This document shows positions 1 through 8,420 of a DNA stretch of 64,000 bases, in pieces. Every line of letters starts with the position of its first letter. Position 1 is the stretch's first letter. Location of the stretch: IMG/VR virus record IMGVR_UViG_3300028800_002449. One strand, 5' to 3'. The DNA comes from a virus. Position numbers and translations under genes: made by a program. The notes under the pieces were generated by a model. The model saw nothing but the letters and a program-made list of their open reading frames with translations, made no database searches and was not told the DNA's origin.

Positions 1-297
1 CTACTCGACCCGCACGAGGCGGCCGTAGACGGCCGTCGTCCAGCCGTTGATCCGACCGTGGTTGTTTCCGATCTGGAAGCTGCCCGCGTGCTTGGCCTTC
101 ACGATGTGGAGATACTCGGAGCCGTTGACCTTGCAGAGGACGACCTCCCCGACGACGATCGAGTCCCTGTCCTTGATGGGCTCGACGGTGCAGAGCTGGC
201 CGGACTTGATCCTCGGGGTCATGGACTCGCCGCGAGGACGGAAGGTGACCGTCTTGCCATCACGCAGCTGGTCGATGTAGGAGGTCGCCCAGCCCAT
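1..297 (-). CDS. S24 LexA/UmuD-like peptidase-fold protein, about 98 aa
   Basis: C-terminal part of ORF 1..753(-) from MGWATSY. GESMTPRIKSGQL matches the GDSM-P-I motif of S24 peptidases and a downstream Lys is present. The ATG sits at the junction with the next gene. Confidence 0.5.
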   Translation of the reverse strand: MGWATSYIDQLRDGKTVTFRPRGESMTPRIKSGQLCTVEPIKDRDSIVVGEVVLCKVNGSEYLHIVKAKHAGSFQIGNNHGRINGWTTAVYGRLVRVE

Positions 298-983
298 CAG
301 CGCAACCACATATCGAGAGTTGCGAGCTTCTCCTCGTGCGTCCTCTTCGGATCCATGATCTCGACGATGAGGACGATGTCTGGATGCATCTCCACGAGCC
401 TCTTCACCCACGGGCCGATGTCGTAACCTTCGAGCGCATGATCTTGGCCGCCGTATCGATCTATCGTGTGAATGTGGGCTGCGGCGATCGGCAACTGTAC
501 GAAGGCCTCGAACGAGGCCTCGCAGAGGTCGCGCCACTCGGACTCGTCCCGCGACAACGAGACGTTCGACTGGAGGATGTGTCCAGTGTCGAGGCACAGC
601 TCGTGGCCAGCCTCCACGAGCGACTTGAACTGGTAGGCGTGGATGATGCCGGCATCGGTCGGGTGCCACGCCTGGTTGTGGTTCTCGAAGAGCACCTTCT
701 TGCCGTGCCCCACGTAGTGCTTCCACGCGTCTTCCCAGTTTGATAGACCACACTTCTTCGTCACGTGAGCGACGAAGTAGTCGACGTCGTCCTGGTCGAA
801 CGACAGTTCGTCCGGGACGTCCTTGACGTCCTGGAAGACCGGGAGGTGGACGCTCAGTACCTTGGCCTTCTTCTTGAGATCGGCCGCGACCTGGAGGCGT
901 CTACCCCGGTTCTTGCCGGAAAACTCGATGGCGTCGACGACGGGGCCGTCGTACTCCTCGAACGTGGAGAGCCCGCGCAGCAT
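297..983 (-). CDS. Xylose-isomerase-like TIM-barrel protein (sugar-phosphate isomerase/epimerase or AP-endonuclease-2 family)
   Basis: Internal Met (MLRGLSTFEEY) of ORF 297..1391(-). Motifs VLFENH, LDTGH and HIHT are typical of this fold. The R-rich N-terminus of the listed ORF is treated as artefact. TGATG overlap with the PTH2 stop. Confidence 0.55.
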   Translation of the reverse strand: MLRGLSTFEEYDGPVVDAIEFSGKNRGRRLQVAADLKKKAKVLSVHLPVFQDVKDVPDELSFDQDDVDYFVAHVTKKCGLSNWEDAWKHYVGHGKKVLFENHNQAWHPTDAGIIHAYQFKSLVEAGHELCLDTGHILQSNVSLSRDESEWRDLCEASFEAFVQLPIAAAHIHTIDRYGGQDHALEGYDIGPWVKRLVEMHPDIVLIVEIMDPKRTHEEKLATLDMWLR

Positions 984-1366
984 CAAAGCAGCTTCAGCCC
1001 TTCGACGTACGGAGCCGCCCGACTCTTCGGCATGGGCGCCATCGCGTAGACGGTCCGCGACCTCGCTTCGACGGCGGTACGACCTTCGTCGACGACGTAC
1101 CTGCCGAAGGCTGAACGGGGCTTGAAGAACTCCTCGTCGTCGGCCTTGAGGACGAGCTTCGTGTAGCTTTGAAGCTCCCACTCTTCGAGCCAGAGCTTGT
1201 CTCGGGGGCCACCTTGAGCCTCGACGGCGCGGATGATGAGCTGCACGCCGTGGCCGACCTGTGCGGCGATCTTGCCCTTGGGCATTCCGAGGCTCGACCT
1301 CACGATCAGGTACATCACGATCTCGTCGTCGCTCATGTTGTCTTCCATCCCGATGCCGTCTTCCAT
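983..1366 (-). CDS. pth2: Peptidyl-tRNA hydrolase, PTH2 (archaeal/eukaryotic) type
   Basis: 127 aa; KGKIAAQVGHG motif characteristic of PTH2. Confidence 0.75.
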   Translation of the reverse strand: MEDGIGMEDNMSDDEIVMYLIVRSSLGMPKGKIAAQVGHGVQLIIRAVEAQGGPRDKLWLEEWELQSYTKLVLKADDEEFFKPRSAFGRYVVDEGRTAVEARSRTVYAMAPMPKSRAAPYVEGLKLL

Positions 1367-1872
1367 GCCAATGCCCTCGTCGCCTCGTCACAGAAATACT
1401 TGATCTGAAACTTCACGTACTCGATCGTCTTGTACTGCTCTTTCCGAGTGATCTGGTCGCTCCTATCCAACCTCGGATCGAACTTGTAGAGGAGTTCGTC
1501 GACGGGATAGTAGTCGCCGCTGTGGCCACAGGAGAAGCCGAACCACACGACGTCTTCGCGAGACGCGCGCCTGAACTGGTCGTTGCCGGCCCCAGTCCAT
1601 TCGAGCCCACCATGAACTAGAACCGGCACGTGCTCTGCTGACAGGGTGTACCACGGATGCTCTGACGGGACCGCGATGTAGCCGCTGAGCGTTCCGATCG
1701 TCGTGCGCATGATGAGGCAGTCGTACCCGTTCCAGGAGAACGGCACGTAGTCGGGCTCGGTCTGCCAGGGCCCGTCGCCCCACATCGACTTGTCGATGGG
1801 AAAGCCTTCGACCGGTGGCTGGTCGATGACCGAGCCGTCTTCGACGGCTGGCGCGTCTAGAGCAGTCGTCAT
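1333..1872 (-). CDS. Hypothetical protein, about 179 aa
   Basis: Internal Met (MTTALDAP) of ORF 1333..2013(-). Non-biased composition. Start overlaps the stop of the next ORF. Confidence 0.45.
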   Translation of the reverse strand: MTTALDAPAVEDGSVIDQPPVEGFPIDKSMWGDGPWQTEPDYVPFSWNGYDCLIMRTTIGTLSGYIAVPSEHPWYTLSAEHVPVLVHGGLEWTGAGNDQFRRASREDVVWFGFSCGHSGDYYPVDELLYKFDPRLDRSDQITRKEQYKTIEYVKFQIKYFCDEATRALAWKTASGWKTT

Positions 1873-2039
1873 GAGTCGAAGTCGTCCCGAGTCGCGCCAC
1901 CGATGAGGATGTCGACGATCCCCGTGTACAAGACGCCCAGGCCCATCGAAGCGAAGATCGAATGCTTCTCGTTCATCGACATGTGGAAGAAGATGCCGAA
2001 GGAGAAGGCCCAAACGACCGCGCGCAGCTTCGTGATCAT
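1869..2039 (-). CDS. Small membrane protein, about 56 aa
   Basis: MITKLRAVVWAFSFGIFFHMS hydrophobic segment. Internal start of ORF 1869..2156(-). Confidence 0.35.
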   Translation of the reverse strand: MITKLRAVVWAFSFGIFFHMSMNEKHSIFASMGLGVLYTGIVDILIGGATRDDFDS

Positions 2040-2040
2040 C

Positions 2041-2250
2041 TCAGTGCCAGGCGCCACACGCACACGGACCCGAACGGACGTCGCACCGGACGCCTCCGTT
2101 GCTGCCCATGTCGACGTGGGCTGCGTGCGCGTCGAGCAGCTGCAAGTCGAGCGCACCGTCCTCCATGCAGCAGATCTGAAGCGTCTCGAAGACGTGCTTG
2201 TGCGCCTCAGGGCGTTTCGCGATGTCCTCCAAACGTTCTTGATGAGTCAT
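2041..2250 (-). CDS. Hypothetical small protein, about 69 aa
   Basis: Internal Met MTHQERLED of ORF 2041..2358(-). Confidence 0.35.
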   Translation of the reverse strand: MTHQERLEDIAKRPEAHKHVFETLQICCMEDGALDLQLLDAHAAHVDMGSNGGVRCDVRSGPCACGAWH

Positions 2251-2438
2251 GATCTCCGTATCCCTGCGGAGGGGATCGGATGCTCTTCGACCAGCTTGCC
2301 GAGAGCGTCGTAGTAGCAGTCCTGGCACTCGCCACCGTAGATCTCCACGCTGCCACACTCGACACAGACTGGCTTCGAACGCCCCAACCTGTCGAGGAGC
2401 GTCGGGTCCTTGGCTATGTCCTTGAGCGGTATCCCCAT
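2247..2438 (-). CDS. Zinc-ribbon protein, 63 aa
   Basis: CVECGS...CQDC pairs of Cys; tight overlap with neighbours. Confidence 0.45.
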   Translation of the reverse strand: MGIPLKDIAKDPTLLDRLGRSKPVCVECGSVEIYGGECQDCYYDALGKLVEEHPIPSAGIRRS

Positions 2439-2449
2439 GGCTACACCCT

Positions 2450-2629
2450 TCAGTTGGTCTTCGAGGACTCGACCAATGACATCATCTTGACGTGCGACGA
2501 CGTGTCATGCCCTGAGAGCCACAGCACGAACTCGTCCTTCTGATCGGGCGTGAGCGTGCCGTCGTTGGCCATGTAGACCTCCCAAGGAGTCTGGAACTTG
2601 TCGCCGCAGGAGCAGCTGATGACGCGCAT
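2450..2629 (-). CDS. Hypothetical small Cys-containing protein, about 59 aa
   Basis: Internal Met MRVISCSCGDKF of ORF 2450..2896(-). Confidence 0.3.
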   Translation of the reverse strand: MRVISCSCGDKFQTPWEVYMANDGTLTPDQKDEFVLWLSGHDTSSHVKMMSLVESSKTN

Positions 2630-2637
2630 AAGGTTCT

Positions 2638-2961
2638 TCACGCGGGATTGGCCTCGTCGGACACGTCCTGCGTAGGAGACAGTCCGCTCCTTTCGTACGA
2701 GAGGTTCACGTCGAACATCTGCGAAAGCTCCTCCCGGCTGAGGACCTGAGCCTTCTCGCCGACGATCGCGAGCCGCCCCGATCCCTCGGCGTAGCCCCAC
2801 ACGTCGTAGACGGCGTTTCCGGCATGCATGGCAGCTTCGAGCATGGTCGGCGCCACGCCGCTCCTCACGATCCTTCCGTCTTCTAAAACCTCCCACTCGT
2901 ATGCGCTTCCTCCGCCGTGCTCGTCAGCGACGGCGATGCTCCTCACGGCGATTGACGTCAT
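2638..2961 (-). CDS. Hypothetical protein, 107 aa
   Basis: Clean ORF with ordinary composition. Confidence 0.45.
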   Translation of the reverse strand: MTSIAVRSIAVADEHGGGSAYEWEVLEDGRIVRSGVAPTMLEAAMHAGNAVYDVWGYAEGSGRLAIVGEKAQVLSREELSQMFDVNLSYERSGLSPTQDVSDEANPA

Positions 2962-2990
2962 CTGAGATCTCCCTCACTGAAAGCTTGCTG

Positions 2991-3299
2991 CTAGTTCAAA
3001 ACCAGGAAGAGGGATCTTATCTCAGAATCGCTCATAACGTGAGTGAGACCGGCGTGCCAAGACTGGGCGTTGCCCTTGCCATCATCCTCCGGGGTGATCT
3101 GAAGGTCCCACGACAGAGGGTTGAGAGCGTCCCAAACGACGCCTCGCTCGGTCGAGACGTCACCGAGGAAGCGGACGTCGGTGACCTTGCCGCCCATGAA
3201 GTGGTACTCGCCGCACTTGCACTGCACGCCGGCAGCCGACCTCCCGAGGACCTTCGAGAGCTTCTGCTTCTGCTGGGCGACTTGCTCGGCGTAGGTCAC
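2991..3299 (-). CDS. Hypothetical protein, 102 aa
   Basis: Clean ORF. Confidence 0.45.
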   Translation of the reverse strand: MTYAEQVAQQKQKLSKVLGRSAAGVQCKCGEYHFMGGKVTDVRFLGDVSTERGVVWDALNPLSWDLQITPEDDGKGNAQSWHAGLTHVMSDSEIRSLFLVLN

Positions 3300-3574
3300 T
3301 TCAATCCTCTGACAAGCATCGCGAGTTGTTCATCGGCAAGGGATGCGCCGCCGTTGAGGGGATAGACGCGCCACGTATCCATCCGAACGTTGTCGCAACA
3401 CGGCTGACACGTCATCCCTGGAACAAGAGAATACATGTTGTCGGAGAAGAGACGCCAGAGGCAGCCGCAGGTCTTGCACTGATCGACGGCGACGAGGACG
3501 GCGGTCTCCGCGGCAGGGTTGGTCGTCGCGTCGACCTCTTCCGACTCAGCGACGACGATCTCCTCGCCGCTCAT
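3296..3574 (-). CDS. Cys-rich hypothetical protein, about 92 aa
   Basis: Internal Met MSGEEIVV; CKTCGC...CQPCC. Confidence 0.4.
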   Translation of the reverse strand: MSGEEIVVAESEEVDATTNPAAETAVLVAVDQCKTCGCLWRLFSDNMYSLVPGMTCQPCCDNVRMDTWRVYPLNGGASLADEQLAMLVRGLK

Positions 3575-3816
3575 GGGCGGCGGATCTTCTCCGGTTCGAA
3601 GCCCGGGACGCTCGTGGTTCCATCGGGAGGTCCAGACTGCTGGCAGCCCTCCAGGAAGGAGACGGCATGCTGGAGGCATCCGTACCAGTCACCGTAGTTC
3701 TCGTAGGTGAAGAGGATGGCCTTCGCCTCGGCGATCGTCTTGGCCAGGAAGTCGACGACGTTCGGACCGGCGAGGGACGCCTCTTCGACGGCCGGCTTCT
3801 CCAGCTCGTTCGTCAT
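3571..3816 (-). CDS. Hypothetical protein, about 81 aa
   Basis: Internal Met MTNELEKP of ORF 3571..3930(-). Confidence 0.4.
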   Translation of the reverse strand: MTNELEKPAVEEASLAGPNVVDFLAKTIAEAKAILFTYENYGDWYGCLQHAVSFLEGCQQSGPPDGTTSVPGFEPEKIRRP

Positions 3817-4025
3817 CGGCTCCAAGTCCTCCAGAAGGTTTGGACGGCTTCGACTTGATGCGGAAGCATCAGAGGAGGAAGACGGCGCATGATCCGTCCC
3901 AAGGCCTGCTCCGGGTCCGGCTCGAACCACCGCATCGCTCCCAGGGGGACCGGCGGCGCCTTGATGTTCGCGATCTCCTCGACGTCGGCGACGGCGAAGG
4001 TCGTCTCAGAGCTTGCCGGAGCCAT
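3813..4025 (-). CDS. Hypothetical protein, 70 aa
   Basis: ORF packed between neighbours. Confidence 0.35.
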   Translation of the reverse strand: MAPASSETTFAVADVEEIANIKAPPVPLGAMRWFEPDPEQALGRIMRRLPPLMLPHQVEAVQTFWRTWSR

Positions 4026-4278
4026 GGGTCAGCCACTCTTTCATGGGGTACGTGATGTTGGTCTCCACGACGTAGCCGTGTTGTGAGGTCGTCAGGAGCT
4101 TGCCTTTGCCGAAGACTTCCGACAGGTCGTAGCGGCTGATGAAGTCGTCCCACTGCCGATCCGTCTCCATCGGGGGGAAGGGCTGGTCGCCTGGCCAGAT
4201 CTCCATGGGACCCGCGGTGTCTCCGACGTTGACGTCGAGCGAAACCTCTTCCACGCCGGGGCATACGATCTCATTCAT
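4006..4278 (-). CDS. Hypothetical protein, 90 aa
   Basis: Clean ORF. Confidence 0.45.
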   Translation of the reverse strand: MNEIVCPGVEEVSLDVNVGDTAGPMEIWPGDQPFPPMETDRQWDDFISRYDLSEVFGKGKLLTTSQHGYVVETNITYPMKEWLTHGSGKL

Positions 4279-4577
4279 GTGAACGCCTGAACTTCACGTC
4301 GCATCTTCAGGACTTGCTCCAACGTGTTGATGGTGCTGAGCGTGTACATCTCTTTCTGATCGAGGGGCATACCGTCGCTCGGCCATCCGACTAGACCTGG
4401 AGGTCCTGGGTAGTTTCCCTTCTGAGGAGGAAGAGACATCCACGTCTTCTGCCAGAGAGCCGTCGCAGATTCAAAGGTCTCCTTCGGCGTCATCCGACAG
4501 ACTTCGTTCCAGAGGTTGATCATGACGTCATCGCCGAGTGAGATCTCTTCGACGCGAGGTTGTTCAACAGCGTTCAT
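4275..4577 (-). CDS. Hypothetical protein, about 100 aa
   Basis: Internal Met MNAVEQPRVEE. The listed ORF has a TTG start and an R-rich extension. Confidence 0.4.
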   Translation of the reverse strand: MNAVEQPRVEEISLGDDVMINLWNEVCRMTPKETFESATALWQKTWMSLPPQKGNYPGPPGLVGWPSDGMPLDQKEMYTLSTINTLEQVLKMRREVQAFT

Positions 4578-4774
4578 GTGATCGCCTTCTCTTTGTCCCA
4601 GCCCTTGATGCACCCGTAGATCGTCGCCACCGACGCGACGGCGGTGAGAGCGATGGAAGCGAGCAAGATCCCGATCAACCATCTCGGTGACGATCGCCAG
4701 GTGACAAGGCAAACGACTCCGTTGCCTACGGTGGCCACCACGTAGCCGTAGGCACCTGCTCGTCCCTTGCTCAC
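4574..4774 (-). CDS. Small membrane protein, 66 aa
   Basis: Two hydrophobic segments (LIGILLASIALTAVASVA). Confidence 0.45.
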   Translation of the reverse strand: MSKGRAGAYGYVVATVGNGVVCLVTWRSSPRWLIGILLASIALTAVASVATIYGCIKGWDKEKAIT

Positions 4775-5241
4775 GGTGACTTCTTCCTGCCGCCGCCGAC
4801 CTCGACGTGCGTGCCGAAGATCTGCTCGATCATCTCCATGATGCCGCCGGCAGACTGGGTCGCAGTCGCGGCCCGCTTCGGCAGGTTGTCGCGCACGTCG
4901 ACGGTCATCTCGATGAACTGCTTCAGGAGGTCATCGACGTTGCCCGAGTTCACGCCCTGCTCGGACACCCTGACGACGAGGTCATCGAAGAGCGGACCGA
5001 AGACGGAGCCCGTCTCCGTGAAGGCCGGTCGAGCCTTCTGCTCTCGGTCGTATTCCCGCCTGCGGCCGTCGTCGGCCAGGATGGCGTAGGCGGCGCAGAC
5101 CTCCTTGAAACGTTCGGTCTTGGCCTTGTTGCCGCCCGTCGCGTCAGGGTGAAGCTCGCGAGCAAGACGCCTGTAGGCGCTCTTGATCACAGCGGAATCG
5201 GCGTCGTGGGGGACGCCGAGGATCTTGTAGAGGTCCTTCAT
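4771..5241 (-). CDS. J-domain (DnaJ-like) co-chaperone
   Basis: DLYKILGV...YRRLARELHPD contains the HPD tripeptide of J domains. Confidence 0.8.
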   Translation of the reverse strand: MKDLYKILGVPHDADSAVIKSAYRRLARELHPDATGGNKAKTERFKEVCAAYAILADDGRRREYDREQKARPAFTETGSVFGPLFDDLVVRVSEQGVNSGNVDDLLKQFIEMTVDVRDNLPKRAATATQSAGGIMEMIEQIFGTHVEVGGGRKKSP

Positions 5242-5253
5242 CCTGCGACTATC

Positions 5254-5448
5254 TTACGCCCGGTCGGGCACTTCGAGAAAGAGCACTATCGAGATGCAGT
5301 GGTACTCGGCATCGGAGCTTTGACGCAGCTCCTTCTCGATCGAGATCGCGCCCGCAGCCCACGCCGCACGCACGTACCTCGTCACCTTGTCGCCCAGCTC
5401 GTCCCTGTCACGCGACTTCGTCGCCGAAAACGTCTTCACCACCAACAT
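5254..5448 (-). CDS. Hypothetical protein, 64 aa
   Basis: ORF. Confidence 0.35.
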   Translation of the reverse strand: MLVVKTFSATKSRDRDELGDKVTRYVRAAWAAGAISIEKELRQSSDAEYHCISIVLFLEVPDRA

Positions 5449-5481
5449 GTCTGCTCTCCCGGTACCAGGGGGTTCAGCGCT

Positions 5482-5868
5482 TCAATCGTCACTGAAGAAG
5501 CTGCTGTCGTGCCGTTCACCTACCTCGTTCAAGTGAGCGACGAGCTTGCCCCCCGCAAGCTCGTGCTCACGCATCCATGCAGAGATCCCGACGTTGTAGA
5601 ACTTTCGCGGCTTCACGCCTTCTCGTTTGTCTTCACGTTCGGGCGTGAGCTTGTCGTATTCGATATGATTTATGGTGTGACTCGGGCCCACGCCTTTTTC
5701 CCTTCGGAAGAATGCTGCGTGGTCTTCGTGGTTCCAGTGCAATCGTTGGCTGATGATCAGGACGACCTGGCCGAGAAGCATGGTCTCCTTCGCGTAGTCG
5801 CGGAAGTACATCTTCACGCCTTCTGGAACAGACGGATCTCGGAGAAGGTCGGGGCTGGCGATCAACAT
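5482..5868 (-). CDS. Hypothetical protein, 128 aa
   Basis: Clean ORF with His-rich segment HWNHEDH. Confidence 0.45.
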   Translation of the reverse strand: MLIASPDLLRDPSVPEGVKMYFRDYAKETMLLGQVVLIISQRLHWNHEDHAAFFRREKGVGPSHTINHIEYDKLTPEREDKREGVKPRKFYNVGISAWMREHELAGGKLVAHLNEVGERHDSSFFSDD

Positions 5869-6374
5869 CAGTTGGCTCGTTTGTCCTTGTCGTCCTTGTT
5901 CTTATCGTCGCTCGACTGCGAGCCGACGTCATCGGACGATCCGCCGAAGAACTTCGCGTGGCACTTGCCGCAGCCGGCCTTCTTGAACTTCGCGAGGTCG
6001 GTCCCCAACCGGTTCTTCTGCTTGCACCTGCTGCACGTGAAGTAGAAGGTCCGGTGGCCGTAGGCCTTGAACGACTCGACCTGGTTGACGTTCATCCTAT
6101 CCATGACGTCGAAGACGTCGTGGAAGACCTCCTCTTCTTCGAGATCTTCGTCAGGCGTACCTTCCTTGCGAGGTCGTGGTTTGAACGGCTTCCAAGCGCC
6201 CATACCATGCTTGACGTCCCACGAGGCTGTGCGGCCTTCCGACGGGGCAACTCCGAAGAGGCTCTTGCCGAGCCTCTCCCAGTATCCCTTGGGGATGATG
6301 CCGAGCTGCGTGTAGACGAACAGCCACAGGCCTGCGACGACGACGACTCCCAGGAAGGTCAGGATGAATGACAT
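5868..6374 (-). CDS. Membrane-anchored zinc-ribbon protein, 168 aa
   Basis: N-terminal TM helix; C-terminal CSRCKQ...CGKCH; acidic/Lys-rich tail. Confidence 0.5.
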   Translation of the reverse strand: MSFILTFLGVVVVAGLWLFVYTQLGIIPKGYWERLGKSLFGVAPSEGRTASWDVKHGMGAWKPFKPRPRKEGTPDEDLEEEEVFHDVFDVMDRMNVNQVESFKAYGHRTFYFTCSRCKQKNRLGTDLAKFKKAGCGKCHAKFFGGSSDDVGSQSSDDKNKDDKDKRAN

Positions 6375-6386
6375 GGTCTTCCCTTT

Positions 6387-6884
6387 TCAGGTGGCGGGCG
6401 GGTTCTCGGCCATCTGACCCGTGATGAACTTGTGGAGCTTCTCCACCCTGTGCATCTTGATCATGTCGTCGGGGGAGATCTGACCGAGCAGCGGGTTCGG
6501 GACCTTGAACCAGGCCCTCGTCCTGTGGAGATCTCCCTTGAAGAACTGTTCGACGAGCTGCAAGCACTCTTTCATGAGAGTGCCTTCCACGCGAAGTTCG
6601 AGGCGTTGTTTTTCGAGCGCACCGACGAGCTTCTGGCTGCTGTCCAGTTCTCTCTGTGCGCTGTTGACCCTGCGCTGAGCTTCATCTATGGCCAACGCCA
6701 TACGAGCCTCAGCCGACACGATCGCCTCTTCGGGGGTCGAGGAGGCGTAGCTCGTCCGGCCGCCGGCCGTGAACAAGGTGCCGTCCTCGAACATGTGGTG
6801 CAGGCCGTCGGGCGTCGTCAGCCCGATGTGGAAGCCCCAGTTGTCGCCGCCGGACCAGCCGAGCTTGTAGAGAATCTTCTTCAT
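6387..6884 (-). CDS. Hypothetical protein, 165 aa
   Basis: Clean ORF with a coiled-coil middle. Confidence 0.45.
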   Translation of the reverse strand: MKKILYKLGWSGGDNWGFHIGLTTPDGLHHMFEDGTLFTAGGRTSYASSTPEEAIVSAEARMALAIDEAQRRVNSAQRELDSSQKLVGALEKQRLELRVEGTLMKECLQLVEQFFKGDLHRTRAWFKVPNPLLGQISPDDMIKMHRVEKLHKFITGQMAENPPAT

Positions 6885-7132
6885 GGCGTCGTCGTGACGG
6901 CCGGTTCGGTCGGCTTCTGGCCTGCGGCTCGAACGACCGGAGAGGTCCCGTCGGCGACGGCGGCCAGCTCGATGAGCTTGGCCGCGTATTGACGAGCGCG
7001 ACGGGGCGAGAAGGTCTGCGTCAGGTACATCTGAGTCTTCAGGTCCGGCATGAACGCCTCCATGCCGCCGACGGAAATAGTGACGTTGCGACCTGATACG
7101 CCGAGTCGTAAGGCTTTATTCTTGGTCTTCAT
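6881..7132 (-). CDS. Hypothetical protein, about 83 aa
   Basis: Internal Met MKTKNKALRLG of ORF 6881..7264(-). Confidence 0.35.
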   Translation of the reverse strand: MKTKNKALRLGVSGRNVTISVGGMEAFMPDLKTQMYLTQTFSPRRARQYAAKLIELAAVADGTSPVVRAAGQKPTEPAVTTTP

Positions 7133-7134
7133 CT

Positions 7135-7617
7135 TCACGAGTCCTTTTCGGCGACAGGCTTCTTTTCGATCCTCGCGACGTAGCCCTGGCACGTCGCACA
7201 ATGGTCGCAGGCCCTCGGGCCAGGCATGTAGAAGTGTTGGCCGTAATCGCCGCCGCAGGTGCATCTCCGGGACTCCGGCTCCAACTTCGCACAGTCGACC
7301 AGCGACTGCACGATTTTGGCGGCGATGTCGACGTCGATGTCCTTGATCCAGTGCAAGGAGATCTCGAAACGACCGTCCCCGATGCAGCCGAAGGTAATCG
7401 AGATTTCCGTGTGCGGCTTGAAGGCGATCGTGTGAGGGCCGTAGCCGTGCTTGGTCGAGGGGACGTCGACGCCCATCTGACCGAGCTTGACGGCGATATC
7501 GTTGGCGTCTCTGCCCAGCTCAGGCCGACAAGTTCTTCCGTGGTTCCTCTCGGCGATCTGCCAGCCGCACTTGGGGCAGACCTTCAGACCGTCGACGTAG
7601 ACGATTTCTTTGGTCAT
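7135..7617 (-). CDS. Zinc-ribbon-containing hypothetical protein, 160 aa
   Basis: CPKCG...C and CTCGG...CDHCATC clusters. Confidence 0.5.
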   Translation of the reverse strand: MTKEIVYVDGLKVCPKCGWQIAERNHGRTCRPELGRDANDIAVKLGQMGVDVPSTKHGYGPHTIAFKPHTEISITFGCIGDGRFEISLHWIKDIDVDIAAKIVQSLVDCAKLEPESRRCTCGGDYGQHFYMPGPRACDHCATCQGYVARIEKKPVAEKDS

Positions 7618-7618
7618 G

Positions 7619-8236
7619 TCACAACCCCAGGAACAAGGGCATACCCATCGGGATGCGCATCTGGTTCGGCCGACTCGCGGCGTAGATCGTCTGGAGAGCG
7701 AAGGCGTAGGCGGTCGGACGTAGAGACGGATCGGAGACGGAGGCGGCGATCTTCTCGGCCTTCGAGACGGTCGTAGCCAGCTTCTCCTCGACGTCCTTGG
7801 CCTCCGAGAACTCTCGGAGCTTGCCTTCCGCGGCGCTCTTGGCGGCTCTCAGGCCGTCGACCTCGTCATAGAGCTGCTTCTTCTCAGCCCTCAACATGTT
7901 GACGGTGTCGTTCAGCTGACGATTCTGCGTCATTACCAGCTGGTAGATCACAGGATCCAAGGCACCCTCGTCGCCGTGTTGATCCAGCTTCATGCCCAGC
8001 GAGAGCGTCATCTGGGCCAGGCAGTTCTTCACCTCCCTCAAGCTCTTGCGACCGAAGCTCCTCAGCTTGAGGAGATCCGTCTCGTTCTTCTGGACGAGGT
8101 CTCGAAGAGTCGTGATCCGCGCGTCGATCAACCGCCCCTTCACGAAGTTCGTGAGCGACATGTTGGAGATTGGCATCGAAAGCCTCGCTTCGAGCGTCGG
8201 CAATGAGTCGTGGTCGAGATCAGCCATGAGATTCAC
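7619..8236 (-). CDS. RNA polymerase alpha-subunit C-terminal-domain (alphaCTD)-like protein fused to a coiled coil
   Basis: Residues around DLVQKNETDLLKLRSFGRKSLREVKNCLAQMTLSLGMKL align closely to E. coli RpoA CTD ([39 protein letters not shown]). Confidence 0.7.
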   Translation of the reverse strand: MNLMADLDHDSLPTLEARLSMPISNMSLTNFVKGRLIDARITTLRDLVQKNETDLLKLRSFGRKSLREVKNCLAQMTLSLGMKLDQHGDEGALDPVIYQLVMTQNRQLNDTVNMLRAEKKQLYDEVDGLRAAKSAAEGKLREFSEAKDVEEKLATTVSKAEKIAASVSDPSLRPTAYAFALQTIYAASRPNQMRIPMGMPLFLGL

Positions 8237-8420
8237 CTTCCAACTTCGTCGCCTTCGCTTCCATCATTTCCGCCGTACGAATCAGCTCCGCCGCGACCGT
8301 GCCGCTCGTCTTCGCGGCACGATCGCGCCTCGTCTTCGCGTCACGACGGTACATGTTGATGAGGACGCGAGGGTCGACGGCGGGCTGAGGCTTTCTCTTG
8401 CGACCGGCCACGAGGATCAA
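8220..8420 (-). CDS. Hypothetical basic protein, 66 aa
   Basis: ORF overlapping both neighbours by a few nt. Confidence 0.3.
   Translation of the reverse strand: MILVAGRKRKPQPAVDPRVLINMYRRDAKTRRDRAAKTSGTVAAELIRTAEMMEAKATKLEGESHG

Noticed and set aside
297-1391. Arg-rich N-terminal extensions on many listed minus-strand ORFs (for example 297..1391, 1333..2013, 13606..14472, 15560..16216, 24222..25406, 30063..31625).
   Set aside because: The extended frames run through the preceding gene in another frame and are poly-Arg/Gly/His. Internal Met, GTG or TTG starts coincide exactly with the upstream stop codon, so shorter genes were called.
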